IMG/VR virus record: IMGVR_UViG_3300037088_000797
Coordinates: 64,001 to 128,000 of that record
Origin: a virus
Taxonomy: Duplodnaviria; Heunggongvirae; Uroviricota; Caudoviricetes
DNA: 64,000 nucleotides
Direction: 5' to 3' (one strand)
Shown here: piece after piece, positions 37,000-46,440 of the stretch
Layout of the letters: the number at the start of each line of letters is the position of its first letter
Numbering within the stretch: position 1 is the first letter of the stretch
Program-made: the position numbers and the translations under genes
Notes under the pieces: generated by a model
Seen by the model: the letters and a program-made list of their open reading frames with translations, nothing else
Database searches by the model: none
Told to the model about the DNA's origin: nothing

Positions 37000-39900
37000 C
37001 TATTCATCGTCCTCAATTTCATCATCAAATGATTCTGCATCATCATCTTCTTCAATGCCCTCCATTTGACCTATATAGAAGTCAAGCATTTCAGATGCAG
37101 TATCCTCTTCTCTGAAAAGCGTATCCATTGTCATATCCTCTGGAATATTAAAACGTTTTTTAAATTTATTAAAATATTTTTCACGTTTTATTCTGATAAG
37201 TTCAAGTTCTTTTTCTTTCTCTGTCTTAGTTGCCAACGTTATTTCGAGATTTTTAATTCTTTCTTGTTCTTCAGCTTTTTTCTTATCCAGTTCAAGTTCA
37301 ATTTCACATTTAGATATTTCAACAATTGGTCTGATGATTTCAATGAATGTGCCATTATGTTTACCAACACTATAATCACCACCGTTTTTAATTAAAACCA
37401 TATCTCCCTCACCGTAATTATCATTAATTGATTTAATTTTTGGTTTGTTAATTGCGGTCATCTTTTCATTAAGGAAATTCAGTGCATGATCATAAATTTC
37501 ATAATAAACTTTAGCATCATCATACATTTTAAAGCCATTCCATATTTTTCTTGGGTCATAACCATGCTTATTCCAGAATTCAACTTCTTTTTCTTCCAAA
37601 TGCATTGATTCGTCAAAGTCATTAAGATCAAAATTTTTCAAGTCTAATTGATATGAGGCAAAATTTTCACCACCACATTTCAAATCAACTTCTTTTGTTT
37701 TTTTATCTTTGACAATTTTAGCCAGCATGTTTTTTGATACTTCAGGGTCAAATCCAACAAGTAATGCTTTAACACGCTTATTAAAAGCATTTAAATACTT
37801 AGCCACATTATATTGACCCATCATGTTTGGATTGTCCTGAAGATCATCGGCAGTAATTAAAGCTGAACAATATCTCTCTTCGCCAGTTATCTTGTCTTTA
37901 ATAATACTTGAATTGCCTTCAGAAATCTTAGTGCCAGTATTAACATAATAAACAACACTGTCAAGTTCAGGTTCAGGTGGCATGTAATCGGAAACTAACT
38001 TTATTTTTTCATCAATTTTATATTTTTCGGCATCTTTGGTGAGAATAAGTTTATCTTTATTCTTATCAAATATTTGTTCAGCAATTTTATTTCTCTTGTC
38101 GATCAGAAGCTCCATGTGTGCCTGTTTACCTTTCTCCCTGCCATTTTTATCTTTACCTCTTTTCTTATATGCGGTTATTGTATTTTTTATTTTACTTTTA
38201 CTTGCAATTTTCTTTAATGGAATCCTGCAGAGATATAAATCTTTTGCATAGTCATTATAATAGTTAACAAACTCAGTACCTTTACCGTGAAGAATCATGT
38301 CAAGTCCTTTGTCAATAAAGTCTTCAATGTATCCGGGCATGATTTTCGATTTAATTGTATTACCAGTATGCTTAATTTTCTCTTTCATTTCGCCACTCTT
38401 CTTATCTTTGGCAAGTGATAAGGTTGCATAATTAATTCTTGAAAGATTTAAACATGAAATTGATTCACCATCATTATCAACCGACATGTAAGGTGGAGTC
38501 ATTTCTTCTTTATTGTACTTAAGTATAAGGGCATCAATACCTTTCTTACCACCATATTGCCACATTTCTTCAATTGGTGCTTCTGGTTGATCAGTATAAT
38601 ATTCAGTTTCAGTAAATCTTATTGTTGTTGTTTCAGGATACTGGAAGTTAATACCATCGGTTACAGCAAGTAATGCGATACATTTAAATTTACTGAACCA
38701 CATAATTGCATGTCTTAAATGCAATCTACCAGTACAAGTTATACGTGCTGCACAAACATTATCTGACCAGTTAAATGAAATATCAGAACCAAGAGCACCG
38801 TACAAAGAGTTATTTAAAATCTTGATAGGTAATTGTTTGATTTTAAACATTGCAACGTCAGCAGGAGTTAATAATTTATTAACATACTTCAAGTGCATTT
38901 CTGGGTCGATCTGTCTGAATAAAATAACTTCTTCATCATTTAATTCATTACCATTTCCTAATTTTTTATAGATGTTACGAGTTGTAGTAAGATACAACAA
39001 AATTTTCTTCATAACATCGGTGATGTCAAATATTGGAAATACACCTTCAGTTAGTTGTATGGAAGGATAAAGACCTGCATAGTCAATCTTAATAATTCTC
39101 TTACTAAAACCTGATTTATAGCATCTTGCAAGACCACCAGCAAATTTTTTCGGTAATTTTACATCAGGTATTGGGATTGCAAGGTCGTTTTCGTAACTCC
39201 ATGCCGTCATAAGTAAGTTCCAAATACCTGCCGTACCCATCGTACAAATACGTTGATAGGTCGTTGGTACTATTTTAGCGAGCATAAATGATGACTGATT
39301 ATAAAGTTCATCAACCTGTGCTGTTTCCCAAAGGTCATCAAGAAGATATTGTTTCACAAGTTTTTTACCGCCAATAAAACCTGTCATTTGTTTTGGAATT
39401 GCATCTGATCTGAACCACTGTGCAAATTGCGGACAATCTCTAAGATAACTATTTTTTAATGACTGATAACGTTCAGGTGCTAATGTTGTTTTATTTGCCT
39501 GTAATTTATATAAATTTTTTGCCGTCAGTTGATATTCGTCTGGTATTTCAACGTATTCATTCTTTTCGTTAATAGCAAAGACCTTATTTTCAGAATAATA
39601 ACGACCAATGTTATTATCTTCCCCCGGGATGTATGTTCGGTTTGGCTTTGCAAACTTCTCAAACTTTGCTATATACTTTAACTTATTCTCTTTTATTTCA
39701 CTATTAACAGCAGCAGTTCTTCTCACTGCGTGAAGAATATCAATAACCGACATACCCCACATATCAGTCCAAGTATATTTATCTGCAGTATTACCATATT
39801 TAACTGAAGTATTGGGTCTTCTTCTCATTTGAACACCTTCTTTAAGACTCGTTGGAATCTTACTCATGTCCATCTTAAGAAGTTTTGCTCTGCCCAGAAT

Positions 39901-40686
39901 GAATTCAAAGTCAAACATTTCTGAGTTGTAACCCATAACAACGGCAGGTTTTAAATCAACAATCAGATTAAAGAAACTTTGTATAAGTCTGATTTCTGAT
40001 TCATCATCATCTGTCTTATCGAGTTCAAGTATTATTTCAAAACCTCTATTATCTCTGACACCAATAGCAAAAAGTCTTGCCATTTGATATCTCAAACCAG
40101 TTGTTTCACAGTCAAAAACTACTTTATGTACTTGCTTATATTCTTCATATCCTTTATATAATCTTGATTGTGTTGATATGAAAAATTGTTCCGTTGTTTT
40201 GGGAGAATGAAATAATGCACGATGAATAAACTTAACATTACCTCTCTTGTCTTTTACAACATTTCCGTTAGTATCTTCAACCTTGGCAAACATGTCAATA
40301 CCACCGTCCCTGAAATAGTTTACAATGGCATTATATGACTTACTACTTGTTACTTTATAACAATAACCGTCAACCAGTCTTTTTTGATTACCAGTCTTTA
40401 ATTTAGCGATAGTAATACCATATTTTATTTTTTTACTTTCAACATAAGTGTCTGAGTAACCTTCATATAAAGTATAACCTGCTTTTGGCAGGTCTTTTGA
40501 ATATACGAAAGGTACATATGGTATTTTTACTGTTTTTGGTTCTTTGTTTGGTTCATGAATTATACAGTCAGCAAGATTGGTAGCTGGGTCAGTTTCAACA
40601 TTCACCACATATTTTAAATCGTTGTTATAGCCTTCAAGGAATCCTTTAATCTCAGCTAAAACCTGTACCTTATTCATTTTGCTCAT
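37000..40686 (-). CDS. polB: family B DNA polymerase with 3'-5' exonuclease
   Basis: ExoI VFDCETTGL, ExoII GYNSEMFDFEF, ExoIII YLLDD; motif A KIDYAGLYPS, motif B KILNNSLYG, motif C variant AVTDG; acidic C-terminal tail. Confidence 0.92.
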   Translation of the reverse strand: MSKMNKVQVLAEIKGFLEGYNNDLKYVVNVETDPATNLADCIIHEPNKEPKTVKIPYVPFVYSKDLPKAGYTLYEGYSDTYVESKKIKYGITIAKLKTGNQKRLVDGYCYKVTSSKSYNAIVNYFRDGGIDMFAKVEDTNGNVVKDKRGNVKFIHRALFHSPKTTEQFFISTQSRLYKGYEEYKQVHKVVFDCETTGLRYQMARLFAIGVRDNRGFEIILELDKTDDDESEIRLIQSFFNLIVDLKPAVVMGYNSEMFDFEFILGRAKLLKMDMSKIPTSLKEGVQMRRRPNTSVKYGNTADKYTWTDMWGMSVIDILHAVRRTAAVNSEIKENKLKYIAKFEKFAKPNRTYIPGEDNNIGRYYSENKVFAINEKNEYVEIPDEYQLTAKNLYKLQANKTTLAPERYQSLKNSYLRDCPQFAQWFRSDAIPKQMTGFIGGKKLVKQYLLDDLWETAQVDELYNQSSFMLAKIVPTTYQRICTMGTAGIWNLLMTAWSYENDLAIPIPDVKLPKKFAGGLARCYKSGFSKRIIKIDYAGLYPSIQLTEGVFPIFDITDVMKKILLYLTTTRNIYKKLGNGNELNDEEVILFRQIDPEMHLKYVNKLLTPADVAMFKIKQLPIKILNNSLYGALGSDISFNWSDNVCAARITCTGRLHLRHAIMWFSKFKCIALLAVTDGINFQYPETTTIRFTETEYYTDQPEAPIEEMWQYGGKKGIDALILKYNKEEMTPPYMSVDNDGESISCLNLSRINYATLSLAKDKKSGEMKEKIKHTGNTIKSKIMPGYIEDFIDKGLDMILHGKGTEFVNYYNDYAKDLYLCRIPLKKIASKSKIKNTITAYKKRGKDKNGREKGKQAHMELLIDKRNKIAEQIFDKNKDKLILTKDAEKYKIDEKIKLVSDYMPPEPELDSVVYYVNTGTKISEGNSSIIKDKITGEERYCSALITADDLQDNPNMMGQYNVAKYLNAFNKRVKALLVGFDPEVSKNMLAKIVKDKKTKEVDLKCGGENFASYQLDLKNFDLNDFDESMHLEEKEVEFWNKHGYDPRKIWNGFKMYDDAKVYYEIYDHALNFLNEKMTAINKPKIKSINDNYGEGDMVLIKNGGDYSVGKHNGTFIEIIRPIVEISKCEIELELDKKKAEEQERIKNLEITLATKTEKEKELELIRIKREKYFNKFKKRFNIPEDMTMDTLFREEDTASEMLDFYIGQMEGIEEDDDAESFDDEIEDDE

Positions 40687-41044
40687 AAACCACTGTTGTA
40701 TACGTTAATTCGTTTGTTTCTTTATTGAAAACATATTTTCTGTTTCCAATTATAAATGTTGTACTTTTTATAATTTTTGAACCATCAGTTGGAAAAAATC
40801 CGCTTAACCATAAAGCACTTATTGAATTCTTACCGTGAAGTTTATAATACTCTTCATTTTTCTTTATTTCAAAGTCCAAATATACTATCTCGTCACGATT
40901 AATCAAAATGTTTCCTAAAATATACTTAAAAGCACTGTCAATATCTCTTTTTGATTCTTTTGTTGATATATCAATATTGGTCATAATTGATTCAAGCAAA
41001 AAATCCCTGAAAGGATTTCTATTGTAAATATACTTACTTCCCAT
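40670..41044 (-). CDS. hypothetical protein in the replication operon
   Basis: ORF overlaps both helicase and polymerase; ATG at 41044 preferred. Confidence 0.55.
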   Translation of the reverse strand: MGSKYIYNRNPFRDFLLESIMTNIDISTKESKRDIDSAFKYILGNILINRDEIVYLDFEIKKNEEYYKLHGKNSISALWLSGFFPTDGSKIIKSTTFIIGNRKYVFNKETNELTYTTVVYEQNE

Positions 41045-42827
41045 GTTTTTCTTTAATTTTAGCAATAACTTCACTCAGCACTGATTCGCTAACATCGGAT
41101 TTGTAATCTTCATTATCAATCACTTTCACAATTTCTTTTCTTTTATTTTCAATTGAACTGAATACATAGTCGTCAATTGTGTCCCTGAACATCAAAGGAT
41201 ATATGTTTACGACTGCTTTCTGACCAATTCTATGAAGTCTATCACTTACCTGATCATATTCACCTACCGAATAAGGAAGTGTCATAAAGAACAGCTTACT
41301 GGCTGCTGTGAGGGTTAAACCATACCCGCATGTCTGTACCGTACCCAAAAATACCTTCAAATCACTATTTGGGTCTTGAAACTTCTTTACAATGTCTGCT
41401 CTTTCATCATCTTTTTGATCACCAGTATGAAGTGCAGCAACATCGCCAAGTTTTTCTTTCAATTCATATAGCGCATCTTTAAAATAATCAACAATCACAA
41501 CCTTTTCGCCTGTTTCAAGAATACTTTCAACCAATTCAATAACATGCTTGATCTTTAACGATGCGGTGTATTGTCTTAATCGCAACATTGTTGTCAACGG
41601 ATTTCCATTTGGATGCGCAACAAATTCATTTGCAACACCTTCTTCGATTTCATCATAAACTGCATATTCGTCATCGTCCATTTCAAACATAATTTTCTGA
41701 TAAATTTTATCAGGAAGATCAAGCAATACTTCAAATTTACGTTTTCTGTGTGTATATGGTGCTGCTTTATGATAAAGTTCTTCGAGTTTTGCTTCTGCAC
41801 TATTAGTAACATATCCCCAGCCACTATCATAATCATAAATCATACCGCAATAATACTCGTAAAAATATTCTTTTGTTGCAAAGTCTGCGGGAGATATTTG
41901 ATTTAAAACAGTATATAATTCATATGCTCTATTCGGTGCAGGAGTACCAGAAAGGAAAATTTTACTAATCTTACCATTTTTAAATAAAAGTTTATTGAAT
42001 GTCCTATTAAAATTCTTATAAGTATTTGCTTTTGTATTCTTTAGTTTCTGACTTTCATCACAAATAACGGCATCAATACAATCTATGCCTAATTTTTTCC
42101 ACTTAACTAAAAACTTATCTTTACTGCCTGAGTTGAAGAAATCATAATTAACAATAATATATTTGGCATTCTCAATACTGCACTTATTTTTTCTCCAACC
42201 AATTATATATGAGTTGCTATTTGTGAATTTCTCAACTTCATTAAAATAATTGAATTTCAATGAGTTTGGAGTAACGACCATTACTTTTTCAAATTTATTC
42301 ATTTCAACATAAAGAATAGAACTAAGAGTTTTTCCAAGTCCCATCTCGTGGGAAATCAATGTGTTACGTGTAGTATTTGCAAATAAGGCTGCTTGAATTT
42401 GGTGAGGATAAAGTTTTATCTCTGGTTTTAACAATGCATGTAACTGATCGCTATACTTCTCATATGTTACTTCTAACTCTTGTTTATATTTAACCCAATG
42501 CTCCTTTTTAACATTAAGATCGGCTATAAATTTACGTTTTTCTTCTTCGGCAGTTTCAACCTTTTTAATTTGATTAATAAAAATTTTTTTACTTTCGTCA
42601 TTACCAAAATCAAAATGAATTTTATTTGAGCCTTTGTATCTTTTAATTAAACTGAGCAGTCCTGCACTATTAACTTCCCATGCATATTCTAATGCAACCC
42701 ATCTTCTTGAAGCGTGTGGCAATTCTTTAATTCTATTAGTAAGTTGGTCGTTAATTGGAAATCTTAACTGATATAAGGATGTCTTGCGAACTCTTAAACA
42801 ATGAACAATAAAAACTGGTTCTGACAT
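41034..42827 (-). CDS. SNF2-family (SMARCAL1/HARP-like) helicase
   Basis: HEMGLGKT, ICDESQKL, FLSGTP..N...EL, QTCGYGLTLT.A, QVSDRLHRIGQ. Confidence 0.9.
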   Translation of the reverse strand: MSEPVFIVHCLRVRKTSLYQLRFPINDQLTNRIKELPHASRRWVALEYAWEVNSAGLLSLIKRYKGSNKIHFDFGNDESKKIFINQIKKVETAEEEKRKFIADLNVKKEHWVKYKQELEVTYEKYSDQLHALLKPEIKLYPHQIQAALFANTTRNTLISHEMGLGKTLSSILYVEMNKFEKVMVVTPNSLKFNYFNEVEKFTNSNSYIIGWRKNKCSIENAKYIIVNYDFFNSGSKDKFLVKWKKLGIDCIDAVICDESQKLKNTKANTYKNFNRTFNKLLFKNGKISKIFLSGTPAPNRAYELYTVLNQISPADFATKEYFYEYYCGMIYDYDSGWGYVTNSAEAKLEELYHKAAPYTHRKRKFEVLLDLPDKIYQKIMFEMDDDEYAVYDEIEEGVANEFVAHPNGNPLTTMLRLRQYTASLKIKHVIELVESILETGEKVVIVDYFKDALYELKEKLGDVAALHTGDQKDDERADIVKKFQDPNSDLKVFLGTVQTCGYGLTLTAASKLFFMTLPYSVGEYDQVSDRLHRIGQKAVVNIYPLMFRDTIDDYVFSSIENKRKEIVKVIDNEDYKSDVSESVLSEVIAKIKEKHGK

Positions 42828-42845
42828 AAAATTTTAAAATTTTTA

Positions 42846-42876
42846 CAAATATATATAATAAATAATTCAATTGCAA
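42846..42876 (-). promoter_or_regulatory. Bacteroidota sigma-A type promoter (TTG-N20-TATATTTG) for the helicase-polymerase operon
   Basis: Minus strand: TTG caattgaattatttattata TATATTTG, 19 nt upstream of ATG 42827. Confidence 0.65.
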
Positions 42877-42897
42877 CGATTATTAAAACATATCCCT

Positions 42898-42906
42898 GTA
42901 TTTATA
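42898..42906 (+). promoter_or_regulatory. putative late promoter motif GTATTTATA on the plus strand
   Basis: 17 nt upstream of the only convincing plus-strand gene, which fixes the orientation of the motif. Confidence 0.65.
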
Positions 42907-42922
42907 ATAAATTGTATCTGCT

Positions 42923-43666
42923 ATGAATAAATGGAATTTTGAAACATGCAAAAAAGAAGCATTAAAATATATAACGAAAATTGATTTTAAAAATCAATCA
43001 AGTTCAGCATATCAAACAGCAAGAAGAAAAAATTTTTTAAATGAAATATGTACACATATGATACCTTTGGGTAATCAACATAAAAAATTAATATATTCAT
43101 ATGAATTTTCAGATAATTATGTATATGTTGGTTTAACATATAATATTATAAAAAGAAATTGGGAACATATAACCGATATTAAAAGTCCTGTTTATAAACA
43201 CATTTTAAAAACTAACATAATACCAACGCATAAAATATTAGTTAATGAATTTGTTGATATTGATGAAGCAAAAATATTAGAAAATTATTGGTATAATAAT
43301 TATAAAACAAATGGATGGAAACTTTTAAATAAAGCAAAAACTGGTGCTTTAGGTGGAAATAAGATATATTGGACTTTTGAAAAATGTAAAGAAGAAGCAT
43401 TAAAATACAATACGAAATATAAATTTGAAAAAACCTCTGGTTCTGCATATAATTCGGCACTAAAAAATAATTGGCTTGATATAATTACAACACACATGAT
43501 TAAAACTCAAAAACCTACTGGTTATTGGAGTATTGAAAAATGTCAAACCGAAGCACTTAAGTATAATACAAGATATGAATTTCAAAAAAAATCACTTAGT
43601 GCTTATTCTGCTGCATTTAAAAAGAATTGGCTTGATACAATATGTTCACATATGTTAATTGGTTAG
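42923..43666 (+). CDS. GIY-YIG-like homing endonuclease, paralogue of 1670..2389
   Basis: LIYSYEFSDNYVYVGLT core; three W.xEKCK.EALKY repeats; convergent 4-nt overlap with 43663. Confidence 0.78.
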   Translation: MNKWNFETCKKEALKYITKIDFKNQSSSAYQTARRKNFLNEICTHMIPLGNQHKKLIYSYEFSDNYVYVGLTYNIIKRNWEHITDIKSPVYKHILKTNIIPTHKILVNEFVDIDEAKILENYWYNNYKTNGWKLLNKAKTGALGGNKIYWTFEKCKEEALKYNTKYKFEKTSGSAYNSALKNNWLDIITTHMIKTQKPTGYWSIEKCQTEALKYNTRYEFQKKSLSAYSAAFKKNWLDTICSHMLIG

Positions 43667-44082
43667 ACGACAGTGGTTTTAGTAATTGAATCACTTATTA
43701 ATACATTGATATAACCATTTACAGGTAATTTAATTTTTCCGCAACCAATTTGCTCACCTAAAAAATCGATGACAAATTCTGCATTGTATCTACCTGCTTT
43801 CTTTGTGTCTCTTAAACTAAATCTATAACTAAAGGTATATTTTTCATCTGCTGGAAAAGCAGGTCTGTCATTTCTAATAACAAGATTTGCAGGTACGTTT
43901 GCAATACGATATAAACCAGTTTGAGCATCAATCATTGAAAATGTAACAGCAACGTTTTCAAGCATATCCTCTGTAATATTATACATTTCCATTACTTGTT
44001 GAACAAGTGGATATTCTAATTCAGGAAGAGTGCTATCTTTCTTAATAAAAAAATTGTTAATGTCGAATGTACTATAATTCAT
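43663..44082 (-). CDS. BppU N-terminal-like Ig-fold baseplate/tail protein
   Basis: FFIKKDSTLP.L...VTFSM...Y.F...DT..AGRY.AEF.I.F...KLP. Confidence 0.6.
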   Translation of the reverse strand: MNYSTFDINNFFIKKDSTLPELEYPLVQQVMEMYNITEDMLENVAVTFSMIDAQTGLYRIANVPANLVIRNDRPAFPADEKYTFSYRFSLRDTKKAGRYNAEFVIDFLGEQIGCGKIKLPVNGYINVLISDSITKTTVV

Positions 44083-44084
44083 AA

Positions 44085-44531
44085 TTATGTTGTTTGTTCT
44101 TCTTTACTATTAGCTTTAACTTCATCTACAATTTGTTTTTGATCTGATCTGAATTCATCTGTATGATATTCTCTCATTAATTCATCTCGATCTCCACCAA
44201 TTCCACCAATTCTTCTCTTAACGGTTGCTGCAATTCCATCACCAAGAAGACCCAATGTAACCGCATCAAAATTACCGAACGGATGACCATTTATTTCAAT
44301 ATAAAATCTAAAAAGTATATATGTACATAAAATTGTTGCTAAATATCTGCGCCAGTTATCAAAAAACCAGAATTTCCAACTCCATTTAATTGGTGTGTGT
44401 GAGCTTTGAACATCCCTACCACTTACTTCGGTTAAAAAATAAATAATATATCCAATAACAAAGAACCACAAATATCCCAATAATTGAACTGTACTATATT
44501 CTCCAAAAACTGTTTTAAGAAATTCATTCAT
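44085..44531 (-). CDS. small membrane protein, holin-like
   Basis: Two to three hydrophobic helices (LLGYLWFFVIGYIIYFL; YLATILCTYILF; AVTLGLLGDGIA) and a charged C-terminus; ATG 44531 preferred. Confidence 0.5.
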   Translation of the reverse strand: MNEFLKTVFGEYSTVQLLGYLWFFVIGYIIYFLTEVSGRDVQSSHTPIKWSWKFWFFDNWRRYLATILCTYILFRFYIEINGHPFGNFDAVTLGLLGDGIAATVKRRIGGIGGDRDELMREYHTDEFRSDQKQIVDEVKANSKEEQTT

Positions 44532-44572
44532 ACGCTCATAATTAATATTTACTATAAACACATAGTTATTTT

Positions 44573-46018
44573 TTAAGTTATTGATTTTAATATACCACAA
44601 CAAAAATTAAGTATTGAAAATGTTGATGGAAGTGCTGTCAATACTGATATACTGCAAGTTGCACCACTTGTTGGAAATTTAGCTTGATATGTATCTGCTA
44701 AACAAGCTGCACCTTCAATAAATTTAGGCGCAGTTGCTTGTGTTGTGAAACTTGGTGAAACTAATGGTGCTGCTGCTGATGTTAAGCCTGAAACATAGCC
44801 TAAATATGCGGGTTTATTTTGAATACTTGCCCATTGTGGACTCATATTTACTAACAATGGTGGTTGTATAAAGCCAAACACATCTGTACCAGCATAATGA
44901 AGTGTAGCAGTTTTTGCGCCACCTGTTGTTTGAGCAAGAATACGAAGTACAAGTCTATCAGTAGCATTCATTGTAGTACCACTATAAATTTGAGAAATTT
45001 GATATTCTTGTAATGTTGTAACGCCAATATCTGGTGTCGAAGTTCTAAATAAGAATGTTAATGTACCACCTGTTGAATATTTATAAGTATCCCAATGTAA
45101 AAAATTAAGACCAGTAACACTTGACCATTGAGCATGACTATGAAATGTCCATAATCCTGAAGGTATTGAAGTAACTGAAGGAATATCAGAATCCGTAATA
45201 AATTCATCAATCAATACGGTATTATTATTAAGTCCTGTTGTACTCTCGGTATAACCAGATGTTGTTAATTGACTGGTTGTCATTCTTTCATAAGTACCAA
45301 CATTTGCTGGAAGATGTTCAATATAAAAAATTGTAGCTGTTTGTATTTGGCTTAATTGATTGATTTCTGTTTGTAAATATGATAAATCAGTGGGTAAATT
45401 TGTTACTTGATTTTCAGTAATGGTTATACCAGATTGTTTATAGTGAATTGTAGTATCACCAGTATGATTATTATATGTTGTTCTATTTGCAAATTGATTA
45501 GGAGCAGTAGTGCCAGTATATGTATTAATACCTGCTTTTTGTTGATAACATGAAGCTGATGAACTACCAAGACATAATGCATTTCCAGCAGTGGTTGAAC
45601 ATAATGCGGTACTACCTGTGTTAAGATAATATGTTGATAAACGATTATTTAATTTTGTTGAATCATTTGCACAAGCATTAATGCCTAAATACAAATTCGG
45701 TGCTGTTATTCCAGTATAATTATTAAAAATAGAAATATTTAACTTAGTATCAGCATAACCTTTATCAATAAGTGAACGATTACTAAAACTCGCACTATAA
45801 TCACCCCCATATTCAATACCTGCAGTATTTCCAACGCCTCTTGTTATTGTTGTTGTGCAAATTAATGTACCACCAAGTTTAACACGATGTGGACTAATAC
45901 AAGTCAAACCGTTATTGGCTGATGTGATACCTGTAAAGGTAGTCATACCACTATTAGTAAAATCTCCATCAAATAAATATTGTTTTCCTGAGAATAAATC
46001 TGTTGCAAATGTTGCCAT
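44573..46018 (-). CDS. tail fibre-like protein
   Basis: Shares the NGL...VKLGG...GIEYGGDYS..FS.RSLIDKGY.D module with other fibre genes; ATG 46018 (MATFATDL) lies 17 nt after a GTATTTATC motif. Confidence 0.65.
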   Translation of the reverse strand: MATFATDLFSGKQYLFDGDFTNSGMTTFTGITSANNGLTCISPHRVKLGGTLICTTTITRGVGNTAGIEYGGDYSASFSNRSLIDKGYADTKLNISIFNNYTGITAPNLYLGINACANDSTKLNNRLSTYYLNTGSTALCSTTAGNALCLGSSSASCYQQKAGINTYTGTTAPNQFANRTTYNNHTGDTTIHYKQSGITITENQVTNLPTDLSYLQTEINQLSQIQTATIFYIEHLPANVGTYERMTTSQLTTSGYTESTTGLNNNTVLIDEFITDSDIPSVTSIPSGLWTFHSHAQWSSVTGLNFLHWDTYKYSTGGTLTFLFRTSTPDIGVTTLQEYQISQIYSGTTMNATDRLVLRILAQTTGGAKTATLHYAGTDVFGFIQPPLLVNMSPQWASIQNKPAYLGYVSGLTSAAAPLVSPSFTTQATAPKFIEGAACLADTYQAKFPTSGATCSISVLTALPSTFSILNFCCGILKSIT

Positions 46019-46073
46019 ACATATAAACATTTAAGATAAATACTAAGAATAAAACAATTTGATGTTGATTATA

Positions 46074-46100
46074 AAATAAAAAGGGAAATAATTTCCCTTT
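46074..46100 (-). terminator. intrinsic terminator
   Basis: aaagggaaa-taa-tttcccttt hairpin with a U-rich tail on the minus strand. Confidence 0.6.
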
Positions 46101-46127
46101 CATTAATGTTTTATATTTTAAATCAAT

Positions 46128-46373
46128 TTATTGATAAGTATATCCACTTCTACAACTCCAAGCAAATTTAAATGACTGATTGCCATCTGGGAATAATGAA
46201 TACCATACCGTACCATTTTGACATATAAATTTTATTTGCCAATTGTTAGCATCTTCATTATTTCCGTTTAGTGACACACCAACATAAATTTCAGATGGCG
46301 ACACATTATCCGTTAATGTATATGGTGTAAAGTTAAAACTTTGAACATTCATATCTGTTTTAAAATCTGACAT
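46128..46373 (-). CDS. small tail-associated protein
   Basis: YVG....G......WQIK.I...G......P.G...F.F.W..R..YTY pattern; late motif at 46389-46397. Confidence 0.5.
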   Translation of the reverse strand: MSDFKTDMNVQSFNFTPYTLTDNVSPSEIYVGVSLNGNNEDANNWQIKFICQNGTVWYSLFPDGNQSFKFAWSCRSGYTYQ

Positions 46374-46440
46374 ATTTATTTGTTTTATTATAAATACTTA
46401 TTAAAACAACTTTATTTGTTGATTTATATTTAAAATTATT

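Noticed and set aside
37000-40686. Intein or intron in the long PolB
   Set aside because: No C/S...HN splice junctions or LAGLIDADG motifs were seen and the frame is continuous. The extra length is in insertions and tails.
4900-42827. Assignment to a eukaryotic giant virus (PolB, RuvC/A22-like resolvase, SNF2)
   Set aside because: gp25 and gp6/J-like baseplate genes, a DnaG primase, an ECF sigma factor, operonic overlaps and intrinsic terminators indicate a tailed bacteriophage.
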